DNA from: Octopus sinensis
Taxonomy: Eukaryota
Assembly: GCF_006345805.1 (NCBI RefSeq)
Contig: NW_021824901.1
Coordinates: 1-17,681 of the forward strand
Length of the DNA: 17,681 bases
Direction of reading: 5' to 3'
This document shows positions 1 to 10,147 of this stretch, piece after piece. The notes below the pieces were generated by a model. That model did no database searches. It was not told where the DNA came from and saw nothing but the letters and a program-made list of their open reading frames with translations. Position 1 is the stretch's first letter. Each line of letters opens with the position of its first letter. The position numbers were made by a program, and so were the translations under genes.

Positions 1-300
1 AAACTGGCACTCCGTAGGTTACGACGATGATTTTCCCAGTTGATCCGATCAACAGAACAATCTGGTCTTAAAATTAACGTGCAAATGGCTGAACAGTCCA
101 CAGACATGCGTACAATCAACGTAGTTTTCAAGGAGACGCAATGTGACGCAGAATGGGACAAGGCTGGCCGTTTGAATTACAGGTACAATTCAGTTTTGTA
201 ACTGAGTGGACTGGAGTAACGAGAACTAAAGTGTCTTGCTCAAGCACACAAGGTTCCGTCAGGAATCGAATTTACAACTTTACGATGGTGAGCTGACACC
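1..300 (-). mobile_element. CORE-type tRNA-derived SINE (family B head and core, different 3' tail), cut by the window edge
   Basis: The minus strand has a B-box-like TTCGATTCC (261-270) followed by TTGAGCAAGACACTTTAG...CCAGTCCACTCAG. Positions 200-298 align closely with 6742-6848 (e.g. CTGAGTGGACTGGAGTAACG..TAAAGTGTCTTGCTCAAG vs CTGAGTGAACTGGAGCAACG..TAAAGTGCCTTGCTCAAG). Confidence 0.8.
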
Positions 301-312
301 TACCCAAGATTC

Positions 313-369
313 TACGCACAAGTATTGAACCCAGAACCAAGTGGTTGGGAAACAAGCTTCTTACCACAC
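313..369 (-). mobile_element. Truncated tRNA-like head of SINE family A
   Basis: GAACCCAGAACCAAGTGGTTGGGAAACAAGCTTCTTACCACAC matches the head of the family A copies at 385-786, 2600-3080 and 5157-5584. Confidence 0.7.
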
Positions 370-384
370 CTATACTTTACTTAC

Positions 385-786
385 TTATTCTTTTTACTTG
401 TTTCAGTCATTTGACTGTGGCCATGCTGGAGCACCGCCTTTAGTCGAGCACTCGACCCCGAGACTTCTTCTTTTTTTTTTGTAAGGCCAGTACTTATTCT
501 AGCGGACTCTTTTGCCGAACCGCTAAGTTACGAGGACATAAACACACCAGCATCGGTTGTCAAGCAATGCTAGGGGGGGGGGGACAAACACAAACACACA
601 AACACACACATATATATATATACATATATACGACGGGCTTCTTTCAGTTTCCGTCTACCAAATCCACTCACAAGGCATTGGTTGGCCCGGGGCTATAGCA
701 GAAGACACTTGCCCAAGGTGCCACGCAGTGGGACTGAACCAGGAACCATGTGGTTGGTTAGCAAGCTACTTACCACACAGCCACTC
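385..786 (-). mobile_element. tRNA-derived SINE family A, near full length, with internal (CA)/(TA) microsatellite
   Basis: Minus-strand head GAGTGGCTGTGTGGTAAG...GGTTCCTGGTTCAGTCCC has A-box (TGGCTGTGTGG) and B-box-like (GTTCAGTCCC) motifs. Colinear and highly similar to 2600-3080 and 5157-5584. Confidence 0.9.
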
Positions 787-891
787 AAGAACGATAAAAT
801 CAACAATATCACGATCAACTAAAAGAACGGTTTGAGTGTATGTTTCTATGTGCGTGTCAGCGTGTCTCTGTGTCTCTGTATGTGTGAGCAT

Positions 892-893
<2 letters not shown>

Positions 894-932
<39 letters not shown>
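894..932. repeat. (TG)n microsatellite
   Basis: Directly visible. Confidence 0.95.
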
Positions 933-938
<6 letters not shown>

Positions 939-1151
939 GACGGTACATGTCTAAGGTGTGACATTGAAACGTTATATTAAGATATAATGATGTCATTGAA
1001 TTGCCCAGCCGAGGGAGGTAAGAAACAGCCCGAACCCAGCAACCAGAAACAGGTAAACAAACAGAAACATCTAACCAAGTTCCTTCTAATTGCAGGTGTT
1101 TCTCGATTGTTAAATCTTTTTTTCCAGTTCCTGATTCGTATAAGCGCGCGC

Positions 1152-1186
1152 ACATACACACAAGCACACACATGCACACATATACG

Positions 1187-1219
<33 letters not shown>

Positions 1220-1248
1220 ACTATGAACTCTCTCTCTCTCTCTCTCTC
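1152..1248. repeat. (CA)n and (TC)n microsatellites
   Basis: Directly visible. Confidence 0.9.
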
Positions 1249-1307
1249 CCTTCCTCTCTTGCTTTCCTTAAATCCCTCCATCCCTCTCTTCGTATCTCTC
1301 TCTCTTC

Positions 1308-1333
1308 GTATATATATATATATATATATATAA

Positions 1334-1382
<49 letters not shown>

Positions 1383-1517
1383 TTATATATATATATATAT
1401 AGATATATATATATATATATATATATATTATTATATATATATTTAGTTGTATATATTTGTAATATTTTGTAACTAAGCATGCTTCCATATAATCATTTTT
1501 ATTTAGGTGTGTGTCAA

Positions 1518-1572
<55 letters not shown>

Positions 1573-1592
1573 GTATAATATGTATATATATT

Positions 1593-1634
<42 letters not shown>

Positions 1635-1713
1635 TTAGTTGTATATATTTGTATATATTTTGTAACTAAGCATGCTTCCATATAATCATTTTTATTTAGG
1701 TGTGTGTCAATGC

Positions 1714-1803
<90 letters not shown>

Positions 1804-1816
1804 CATACATATATAC
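1308..1816. repeat. (TA)n array containing two copies of an ~81-bp unique unit (1441-1521 and 1633-1714)
   Basis: ATTTAGTTGTATATATTTGT...AACTAAGCATGCTTCCATATAATCATTTTTATTTAGGTGTGTGTCAATGCA occurs twice, 192 bp apart, differing by a 1-nt indel. Confidence 0.95.
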
Positions 1817-2052
1817 ATGCTTGTGTATTATATTATGTATATACAATGGAAGCATACTATTGCAATGCACAGAACCACACACACACACACACAAACACAC
1901 ACACAAGTCTCAGCACATACATATTGATTTAATACATATGTTATATATTCATTCTGACATAGACAAGCGAAGATTTAAGTATCCTTTGGATACTGGCTAT
2001 TAATTAATTTTTATTGAATATACCACCTATGTATGTTGTATATACTTGCGTT

Positions 2053-2087
<35 letters not shown>

Positions 2088-2344
2088 ATGTATGTATTGA
2101 ATATTCACATTAGATGAATTATATTGTGTATTTGCGTATGTGTGGGTATTTTAGGGTATGAATGTATACACAAACCGGCAGGCAAGCGAGTACACCGACT
2201 AGGTAAAAGCACTTTAGGCGGAAATAAATCAAACTTTTACAAATTATTGACAACGCAACATGGAACTCCACTCGCAGAGTATAAGCAAATAACAATCTTT
2301 AAACGACATTTGGAAACGATGTCGTCTATACCGACTCATCATTA

Positions 2345-2470
2345 TGATGCTGATGATGACGGATACGACGATGACGACGACGACGACGACCGACGACGAC
2401 GACGACGAATGATGACATTATTGATGTTGGTGACATCAATGATGATGATGATGATGATGATGACTGTGAT
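2345..2470. repeat. (GAT)n/(GAC)n trinucleotide repeat
   Basis: Directly visible; it explains the poly-D/R/M stretch of ORF 2124-2501. Confidence 0.95.
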
Positions 2471-2599
2471 AAGGATTCTAACGATGTCGTGCAACATGTA
2501 ATATCCTGATTTTTGATACGAATGTATTTATTAGGTGGGATACTTAAAACCTCCGATATTCCTGTTCATTATTTAGATGTAAATGGTTATCATAGGGAT

Positions 2600-3080
2600 C
2601 TCTTTTACTCTTTTACTTGTTTCAGTCATTTGACTGCGGCCATGCTGGAGCACCGCCTTTAGTCGAGCAAATCGACCCGGGGACTTATTCTTTGTAAGCC
2701 CAGTTCTTATTCTATCGGTCTGTTTTGCCGAACCGTTAAGTGACGGGGACGTAAACACACCAGCATCGATTTTCAAGCAATGCTAGGGGGACAAACACAG
2801 ACACACATACACACAACACACACACACACACACACACACCCACATATATATATATATATATATACTATATATATATATATCATATATATATATTATGATA
2901 TATATATACATATATACGACAGGCTTCTTCAGTTTCCGTCTACCAAATCCACTCACAAGGCATTGGTCGGCCCGGGGCTATAGCAGAAGACACTTGCCCA
3001 AGATGCCACGCAGTGGGACTGAACCCAGAACCATGTGGCTGGTTAGCAAGCTACTTACCACACATCCACTTCTGCGCCTA
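2600..3080 (-). mobile_element. tRNA-derived SINE family A, full length
   Basis: Runs from tail CTCTTTTACTCTTTTACTTGTTTCAGTCATTTGACTGCGGCC to head ...CTTCTGCGCCTA. Internal CA/TA microsatellite at about 2795-2917; A- and B-box-like motifs on the minus strand. Confidence 0.92.
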
Positions 3081-3312
3081 TATAAATTACGGATGTATAT
3101 AAACTACCGATATAAGCACTGTAAAACTGTGAAGAATTCACTAAATATAGTAGTGGTTTGCTCTGTTACATGTTTTGAGGACTTGTTTTCTTTTTCTATT
3201 GGGAGTCTCAATCCCTTCGATGAAATCAACTCGTCACAATAATGCTGTTTACCTCGGTACGTGATGTACCTATCTATGAGCCTACCAATTTACAATAATT
3301 ATATGAACTGGA

Positions 3313-3998
3313 CAGTGTCAACTCGTAGATCAAATTAGTTGGCGTGCTGCTTCAGAAAAAAGTTTAGCTGTTATTTTAACATTGTATAAAAGGAAACAAA
3401 CATATAAAACGAATATTTATACATAAACTTGATCGATTTGCGTTTTAGCTACTGCCGGGTAGTGTGTTTAATTTGTTCACTGAACACCGCCGCGAATTCC
3501 CCCTTGTTTTTCAAAAATCCCCACTAAATCACAAAATAAGCGGGGAAAATCTGCGCTATTTTTCAAATCCTGGAAGCAACAGTGAAGCTGGAAGCAGTAT
3601 AATAATCTAATTCTACACTTTTTCACATTCAAGAATATAAACACGTTTTTAAGCACAACACACGCGGAGGCAAAAAGAAACACTATCTTTCACCGGCACT
3701 GCGTGAACAACAGTGCTGTCTCTCCTTAGTGTAAAGCTTCCTATCTCGGACATGTGAGTATGCGCACAACAGCTAAACACTGCTGGAACTGTGAAGCGCA
3801 CAGTCCTATACAAGGATTTTTGTATTTTTTTCATAAACCAGGCATAGCTACTGACATTAAGCTTAAAGATTATATAATGTACAAGTATAAAGAAAGAATT
3901 AAAGAAAAAAGGACTCATTATATTGAATGTTATCGATAATATCGAGTGGAAATAGGGGATTCTGCAGTTCTACAGTGCCTATATACGAGCCGCCACTG
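3313..3998 (+). mobile_element. Non-autonomous hAT-superfamily DNA transposon remnant (686 bp)
   Basis: Left end CAGTGTCAACTCGTAGAT (3313) vs right end reverse complement CAGTGGCGGCTCGTATAT (ends 3998): 14/18 match. Flanks GAACTGGA (3305-3312) and GAGCTGGA (3999-4006) form an 8-bp TSD with one mismatch. Internal + strand peptides FFTFKNINTFLSTT (3619-3660) and LSLLSVKLPISDM (3716-3754) resemble the hAT C-terminal dimerisation motif (FSTLKRIKTFLRNTM...LAMLSIEK). Confidence 0.75.
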
Positions 3999-4295
3999 GA
4001 GCTGGAATACTTTAAAGTTAAACCTCTTGGTAGCGAACACAATCACCTAGTGTGTATGTGTATATTTATATATATATAAAATAAAATACAAAATGGGACA
4101 AGAATGCAAAACATCCGGAAAACTAGGTGATACAAAGAGACAACAAAATATCCAGATAGACGATACAAAAAAACAAGGACGGGTATTTCGAAGTCTTTTA
4201 TCCTCAGTCAAGAATCGGATCTTCCTCGCAATTTTCAAAACAAGTCAGATCTGTTTGCAGATCTGATCTTTCCTTCAAGGTCAGTTGCTTAAAGC

Positions 4296-4392
4296 TATAT
4301 ACATACGTGTGTGTGTGTGTATATATATATATAATATATATAATATATCGTCTATCTGGATATATATACATATAATATATATATATTAATAT

Positions 4393-4435
<43 letters not shown>

Positions 4436-4449
4436 TGTGTGTGTGTATA

Positions 4450-4520
<71 letters not shown>

Positions 4521-4527
4521 GTATACA
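4296..4527. repeat. (TG)/(TA)n microsatellite block
   Basis: Directly visible. Confidence 0.95.
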
Positions 4528-4618
4528 TGCAACCTTGTTTCTAGTTCAAATATGCTTGAGGCCCATTCGAACTCGTAAGAAAGCCATTCACCATATTTTG
4601 TCACAGAGGAGGGTGTTT

Positions 4619-4703
4619 GTCGATTTCATCGATCCCAGTGCTCTATTGGTACTTATTCTATCAATCTCGAAAGAATGAAAGGTGAAATCGAACGTGGTGG
4701 AAT
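4619..4703 (-). mobile_element. Diverged core fragment of SINE family D
   Basis: ATCGATCCCAGTGCTCTATTGGTACTTATTCTATCAATCTCGAAAGAATGAAAGGTGAAATCGAAC aligns with 14312-14380 (ATCGACTCCAGTGCGTAACTGGTACTTATTTAATCAACCCCGAAAGGATGAAAGGCAAAGTCGACC). Confidence 0.75.
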
Positions 4704-4768
4704 CCTTCCCTTCATAGATATAACAATAGTATATGATTAAAAAACGATTCTACAATGATTTCTTACAG

Positions 4769-4811
4769 GTCGAGATAACCTTGTACCAACAGTCAAAAAT
4801 CCACCAAAAAG
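4769..4811 (+). other. Candidate 43-nt micro-exon (unverified)
   Basis: Preceded by acceptor-like GATTTCTTACAG and followed by GTGAAA. Two frames are open (VEITLYQQSKIHQK or GRDNLVPTVKNPPK). No recognised homology. Confidence 0.25.
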
Positions 4812-5156
4812 GTGAAATTACACAGAATCGTTGAAAAATCCGAAATAACCATTGGCCCTGTTTTATAATGACTGTTAAATATAGATTATGTCACAGATGG
4901 CTCAACTTTACAGAAAAACCATAATCCTCCATATTGATCTGTGTAATAAATCATTAAGTTTTACAAACAACCAGTGACATAAAAATAGGAAGGGTTTGAA
5001 ATGCAGTTTAGGTTTTGTAGGATGTAGATAAGTACAGCTGTGTATCATAACGATATTGATATGTTTTAAGCACACATCATCACACACAGATATGTATTGC
5101 TTCCTTTAAGAAATATGCTCTGTCGTCTTGTGCGTCATGTGTGTAAATATATATAC

Positions 5157-5584
5157 TCTCTCTTTTACTCTTTTACATGTTTCAGTCATTTGACTGCGGC
5201 CATGCCGGAGCACCGCCTTTAGTCGAGCAAATCGACCCCGGGACTTATTCTTTGCAAGCCCAGTACTTATTCTATCGGTCTCTTTTGCCGAACCGCTAAG
5301 TGACGGGGACGTAAACACACCAGCATCGGTTGTCAAGCAATGCTAGGGGTACAAACACAGACACACAAACACATACACATACATACATATACATACATAT
5401 ACATATATATACATATATACGACAGGCTTCTTTCAGTTTCCGTCTACCAAATCCACTCACAAGGCATTGGTCGGCCCGGGGCTATAGCAGAGGACACTTG
5501 CCCAAGATGCCACGCAGTGGGACTGAACCCGGAACCATGTGGTTGGTTAGCAAGCTACTTACCACACAGCCACTCCTGCGCCTA
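5157..5584 (-). mobile_element. tRNA-derived SINE family A, full length
   Basis: Same tail, body, internal microsatellite and head (...CACAGCCACTCCTGCGCCTA) as 2600-3080. The head abuts a (TA)n run. Confidence 0.92.
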
Positions 5585-5587
5585 TAT

Positions 5588-5633
<46 letters not shown>

Positions 5634-5910
5634 TATATAATATGTGTGCGTGTGTATGTATAGGTATGTGTGTGTGTGTGTGGTGTGTGTGTTGTGTGTG
5701 TGTGTGTGCGCGTGTGTGTGTGTGTGTGAAATTGCTACAATTCTTAGGACGACAACTAAAGGAGATTCTATGCGTGTATTCTCCGTTTGTAGGTACTTCT
5801 ATATATTTTTTGAAAACACACACACGCACGCACACACACACACACACACACATACACACACACATACACACACATACATAAACATACAAACAGACACACA
5901 CACACATAGA
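5585..5910. repeat. (TA)n-(TG)n ... (CA)n microsatellite spacer
   Basis: TG-rich 5641-5728, unique 5729-5813, CA-rich 5814-5905. Confidence 0.9.
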
Positions 5911-5914
5911 TATG

Positions 5915-6084
5915 TAGGCGCAGGCGTGGCCGTGTGATTAGAAGTCACCTCCCAACTACATGCTTCTAGGTTCATCCCCACCGCGTAGCACCTTGGACGA
6001 ATTTTTTCTACTATAGTCTCGGTCCCACCAAAGTCTTGTGAGTGGATTTGGTGAACGGAAACTGGAAGAAGCCCGTCGTATATA
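5915..6084 (+). mobile_element. 5' half of SINE family A (diverged)
   Basis: TAGGCGCAGGCGTGGCCGTGTG...GGTTCATCCCCACCGCGTAGCACCTTGG...GTGAGTGGATTTGGTGAACGGAAACTGGAAGAAGCCCGTCGTATATA matches the reverse complement of about 5415-5584. Confidence 0.85.
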
Positions 6085-6179
6085 ACGGGCGGCTTTTAAG
6101 CGAGCTCCTGTGGAGGGCTCTTCATTGGGCCTTGGACCCAACAATGAAACTTATTGCAAAGTTGCATGATAAACAGCAA

Positions 6180-6455
6180 TACCACAACCATCGCCACCAC
6201 ATCTGCCATATACATCATTCAGACTTCTAACGCCACCACCATCAATAACTTTGACTTCGCCACCTTCCTCTCTACAACCATTACCTCTGCCTTTCACATC
6301 ACTTACTCTCACCGTCATCCTTCACCGACTCGGCTAACACCACCACCACCACAACCACCACCATCATCACCACCACCATCATCACCATCACCTCCGCCTC
6401 TATCACAACTACTGTTCATACTATTACTGTCGCCCCATTACCATCAGTGTTCAGT
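6180..6455. repeat. Degenerate (CAC)n/(CAT)n trinucleotide tract
   Basis: Directly visible; source of the poly-P/S stretch in ORF 6154-6462. Confidence 0.85.
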
Positions 6456-6530
6456 ATGTTAGTTCATCGTGCTGGTTCAAGGTTCACTCACATACGGTTT
6501 TTTTTTAATGTCCTGTACCCATATATGCAT

Positions 6531-6875
6531 GTAAAGGGTAAAGACCCCCTTCGGTCATGAGTGACCATGGGTTTGCACCTAGAGAGTAACCCTCTGAGGC
6601 ACAAGTCTGGGCAAGGTTGTTTATGGAAGACCAGCAGTCGCCCATGCATACCAGCCTCCCCTCTCCACCACGTCCCGATGTTATCCAAGGAAAGCAAAGG
6701 TCGATACAGCTTGCACCTGTGACGTCGCAACTCATTTCTACAGCTGAGTGAACTGGAGCAACGTGAAATAAAGTGCCTTGCTCAAGAACACAACACGCAG
6801 CCCGGTCTGGGATTCGAGCTCACAACCTCACGATCGTAAGCTCGACGCTCTAACCACTGAGCCATGCGCCTTCAC
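6531..6875 (-). mobile_element. Full-length tRNA(Arg-like)-derived CORE-SINE (family B) with 11-bp TSD
   Basis: Minus-strand head GTGAAGGCGCATGGCTCAGTGGTTAGAGCGTCGAGCTTACGATCGTGAGGTTGTGAGCTCGAATCCC has an A box, an ACG anticodon-like loop and a B box. The core TGTGTTCTTGAGCAAGGCACTTTATTTCACGTTGCTCCAGTTCACTCAGCTGTAGAAATGAG resembles the MIR CORE. Tail ends in TTTACCCTTTAC. Direct repeat ATATGCATGTA at 6523-6533 and 6877-6887. Confidence 0.92.
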
Positions 6876-7467
6876 AATATGCATGTATATATACATATAT
6901 ATGTAGGTATGTACATATATGTACATATATGCGGACATTATGTACACACATATTTGTATCTGTAAGCACATCTGAATATGTGTGTGCGTGTTTTTGAAGG
7001 GAATTGAAACCGGGTCGTGAGCCTCTTCTCAGCAGGGGCTTTGTTGTCAGTTAATGCACATATATCAAAGTGTGATCAATTACGAGACATGTCAACTCTC
7101 AAAGACTTCAATGCAAAGACAGGGTTGTCAAGATATTAGAGGTGTGTAAATATACACCTACCTACCCACCCACCCACCCACCTACACATATCCTGACACA
7201 CACATACATACTACACGTATATATATATATATGAAATCTACAGTGGTACACTGTAAAATGTCAAGGTGTGTTAGAGGTTTGGTGGACGTAATTCCGTTCC
7301 GTTCAACAGTTTATTTATTGGTTGAGCTCCTTAACAAACCTAATAGGTACAAATAGCTGTGTTGCCTAACAGTCCACACATCCTATGACAAACACTGACA
7401 TAGTCTGTAGACGCCACCTCACACAATTAAACACGCAAGTACACATTCACGCAAACATACACATATA

Positions 7468-7874
7468 TACACACACATATATAGGCATACGTACAGTCAC
7501 ACATACATACATACTCATGTACACACATGAACAAAGTTTTATGTATACAGAGTTTGGCGTATACTCATTAATATTAAGATTGCATGAATAGCATTCGCAC
7601 ATTAATAATTATTCACTGACCTATACATATAAACACACGCACACACTCACACACACACGCGCGCGTACACACACATATATAGGCATACGTACAGTCACAC
7701 ATACATACATACTCATGTACACACATGAACAAAGTTTTATGTATACAGAGTTTGGCGTATACTCATTAATATTAAGATTGCATGAATAGCATTCGCACAT
7801 TAATAATTATTCACTGACCTATACATATAAACACACGCACACACTCACACACACACGCGCGCGTACACACACAT
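7468..7874. repeat. Exact tandem duplication, period 198 bp
   Basis: 7468-7676 is identical to 7666-7874 by direct reading. Confidence 0.95.
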
Positions 7875-8035
7875 TTATATATATTAACATTTATTGAATC
7901 TGATATATACATATATATGTGTGTGTGTGTGTGTGTGTATGTATATACACACATACACACTCATTCATGTTAATATACACTCGCTTACGTACACATGAAC
8001 ACGCATACATATCTATATACATCTCATTTAGATCT

Positions 8036-8347
8036 GTGGAGGCACATGGCCTGGTGGTTAGAGCAGCGGACTCGCGGTCGAGGGATTGCGGGTTTGAATC
8101 TCAGACCGGGCGATGTGTGTGTTTACGAGTGAAACACCTAAGCTCCACACGGCTCCGGCAGAAGGTAATGGCGAACTTCTGCTGACTCTTTCACCACAAC
8201 TTTCTCTTACTCTTTCCTCCTGTATCTTGCAGCTCACCTGCGACGGACCGGCGTCTCGTCGAGGTAGGGAACCTATACGCCAAGGAAACCAGGAAATCGT
8301 CCCTATGAGCCAGTCGTGGTGCGAGAAGGAACAAACAAAACAACAAA
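8036..8347 (+). mobile_element. Full-length tRNA-derived SINE family C with 11-bp TSD
   Basis: A box TGGCCTGGTGG, B box GGTTTGAATCTC, (CAAA)-type tail. TSD CATTTAGATCT at 8025-8035 and 8348-8358. Confidence 0.93.
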
Positions 8348-8817
8348 CATTTAGATCTATCATATTTTTTTTCCTGTCAGTACACATATTCACACATATA
8401 CACATACATTAATACAAAGTCTTATTCGTATATTCACATACTAACACTCACTAACCCACACAAAATAAATGAGTTAAAATCCACACAAGTACACACATAT
8501 TCGCAGGTAGAAACATGGTAAAACAAGCACACGCACACATAAATCATATACATGGACATACATATATCGATATTAAGATTCGTTCCTACACTCAGATTTA
8601 CACATTAACACACACGCACACCGATACACATACGAATACGCGTTAATGTATATATTGACGTGAACATACGTCCTCGTACCCTTATAAAGCAAAAATCTTA
8701 TATACTTATGTATAGCGCTTCTAAGCCGTATTTTACTACGGCCAAGCATCCGATTGACGCAACCAGCCACAGTATTCTGGTTGGAATCTAATGAGAGAGA
8801 AATTTAGTTTCTTGTAG

Positions 8818-8910
8818 TCGACTTTCCAGTGTTTGATGCCGAAGAGGAGAAAACTACCCAGAAATGCATACATCCACCGATCCGTGCCGAGGGAGCTCCA
8901 AACTAACCTG
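8818..8910 (+). other. Candidate 93-nt exon (unverified)
   Basis: Acceptor-like TAGTTTCTTGTAG. One frame gives DFPVFDAEEEKTTQKCIHPPIRAEGAPN with a stop at 8904; another is open to a weak GTGTGT donor. No recognised homology. Confidence 0.2.
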
Positions 8911-9479
8911 GTGTGTATACATTTTTTCGTCAACAGCGAGAATTTTTCTCCACGACAGCTGACAATGAATGGCTTTCTTACGGGTTCGAATATGTCTTAG
9001 AACTGGTAACGAGTTTATATTTATATAAATCACTGCTCAGCCCTTCTATTTCAAGTTTAATAATAACGTTTAAACGCATTATGTGTTAGTGGAAATGAAA
9101 CGGAGAGCTGAACGTTCACGCTTTTTCTAGAGGTTATTCGGAACATAAATGAAAGGAATGGGGTATAGTCAAGGATTGAAACCGTTTCCTAGTTCACATT
9201 TTTAGGCGCTCTCTCCACCTTATACATTATCCACCATAAAAATTGCAAACAATATAAGATTATTGATTCCCTATACAAGTATTTCTCCATAAATTTTGTA
9301 TTAAGACGGGACAAATTCATAAATCAGTCTTCAGTTTATTGCCAGTAAACGCAATCGGGATTTCAACTCAGAATGTAAAAAGATGTAATTAAATACTATA
9401 ATTTAGTTTATTCGTCGTTCTCCTGATCTTTTCATGACACCACCCTCAGAAACCATATTAATTTCAAGCCATCAAGGGA

Positions 9480-9700
9480 GCACCTATGTGGTCGTCGACC
9501 TGCCAGGAATAGTAACCAAATCTCCCTCAAACGCTATTCCCTCGTCATTATGTTGAAAAATACGACACGTTGGATAATGTAGTCCTGGTTTCCTGGTTTA
9601 TAAAAACGTAAAAAAGGATGTGTTTGCCATGGCAGGAAAGCCTTTGATCATAGGTACTCAATTAGGATTGACCTACACCTAAATAACAACGACCACAACA
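9480..9700 (+). mobile_element. Probable 3' part of another octopus-type SINE family
   Basis: GTGGTCGTCGACCTGCCAGGAATAGTAACCAAATCTCCCTCAAA...TTGGATAATGTAGTCCT...GCCTTTGATCATAGGT...(AAC)n-like tail. Recognised from memory only; there is no second copy in this window. Confidence 0.45.
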
Positions 9701-9781
9701 ATAAAATTCATGCACTGCATAAAGCATAAAAGGTGGATTAAAACCGAGACACAGATTGTACTTCAGACTATTTCTTCTTTA

Positions 9782-10147
9782 TAGGCGTAGACATGGCTGT
9801 ATGGTTAAGAAGCGTGCTTTGTCACAGCGTGGTTTCGGGTTTAGTTTCACTGTGCGGCAAGTGTCATCAACTACAGCCGCGTGCCAACCAATACCTTGTG
9901 AGTGAATATGCTTGACGGAAACTGTGTGGAAGCCCGTTGTGGATGTGTGTGTAATGTGTGTGTACGTGTGTCTTTGTGCTTGCGTTTCTCTCTTCCATTA
10001 CTTGATAAACGGTGCTGGTTTGTTTATGTTTTGTAACTTAATGGTTCAGCGATAGAGGCCGATAGAATAAGTAACAGGTTTAAAAATAAGTGTTGGGAGA
10101 GATTTTTCAGTGCCTTATCAGTTCAATGACTGAGAAAAAGTGAAAAA
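9782..10147 (+). mobile_element. Old, diverged copy of SINE family A
   Basis: TAGGCGTAGACATGGCTGTATGGTTAAGAAG...CCTTGTGAGTGAAT...GACGGAAACTGTGTGGAAGCCCGTTGT, internal (TG)n, ...GCCGATAGAATAAGTA...AATGACTGAGAAAAAG. Colinear with family A but with many substitutions and deletions. Confidence 0.85.

Noticed and set aside
557-2003. Long ORFs rich in IY/HT/CV dipeptides (e.g. 766-1488, 240 aa)
   Set aside because: Translations of (TA)n, (CA)n and (TG)n microsatellites and SINE sequence, which lack stops by composition. The same applies to similar ORFs throughout the window.
2124-2501. 125-aa ORF with poly-D/R/M
   Set aside because: The C-terminal half is a GAT/GAC trinucleotide repeat; no recognisable domain or supporting splice signals.
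4178-4207. Hammerhead-ribozyme-like core on the minus strand (CTGAGGA...CGAAA...GTC) in a segment (about 4090-4240) reminiscent of a Penelope-like terminal repeat
   Set aside because: Core order fits, but stems I and II cannot be base-paired in this copy and a chance match is plausible. Worth revisiting only with a family consensus.
6806-6868. tRNA-Arg-like sequence (also 8044-8105)
   Set aside because: A/B boxes are present but there is no acceptor stem, and each continues into a SINE body with TSDs. These are SINE heads, not tRNA genes.
7239-7255. Small hairpin TACAGTG-GTA-CACTGTA (also GCCCGT..ACGGGC near 6071-6090 and CAGATCTG twice near 4246-4266)
   Set aside because: Stems of 6-8 bp are expected by chance; no associated element structure.
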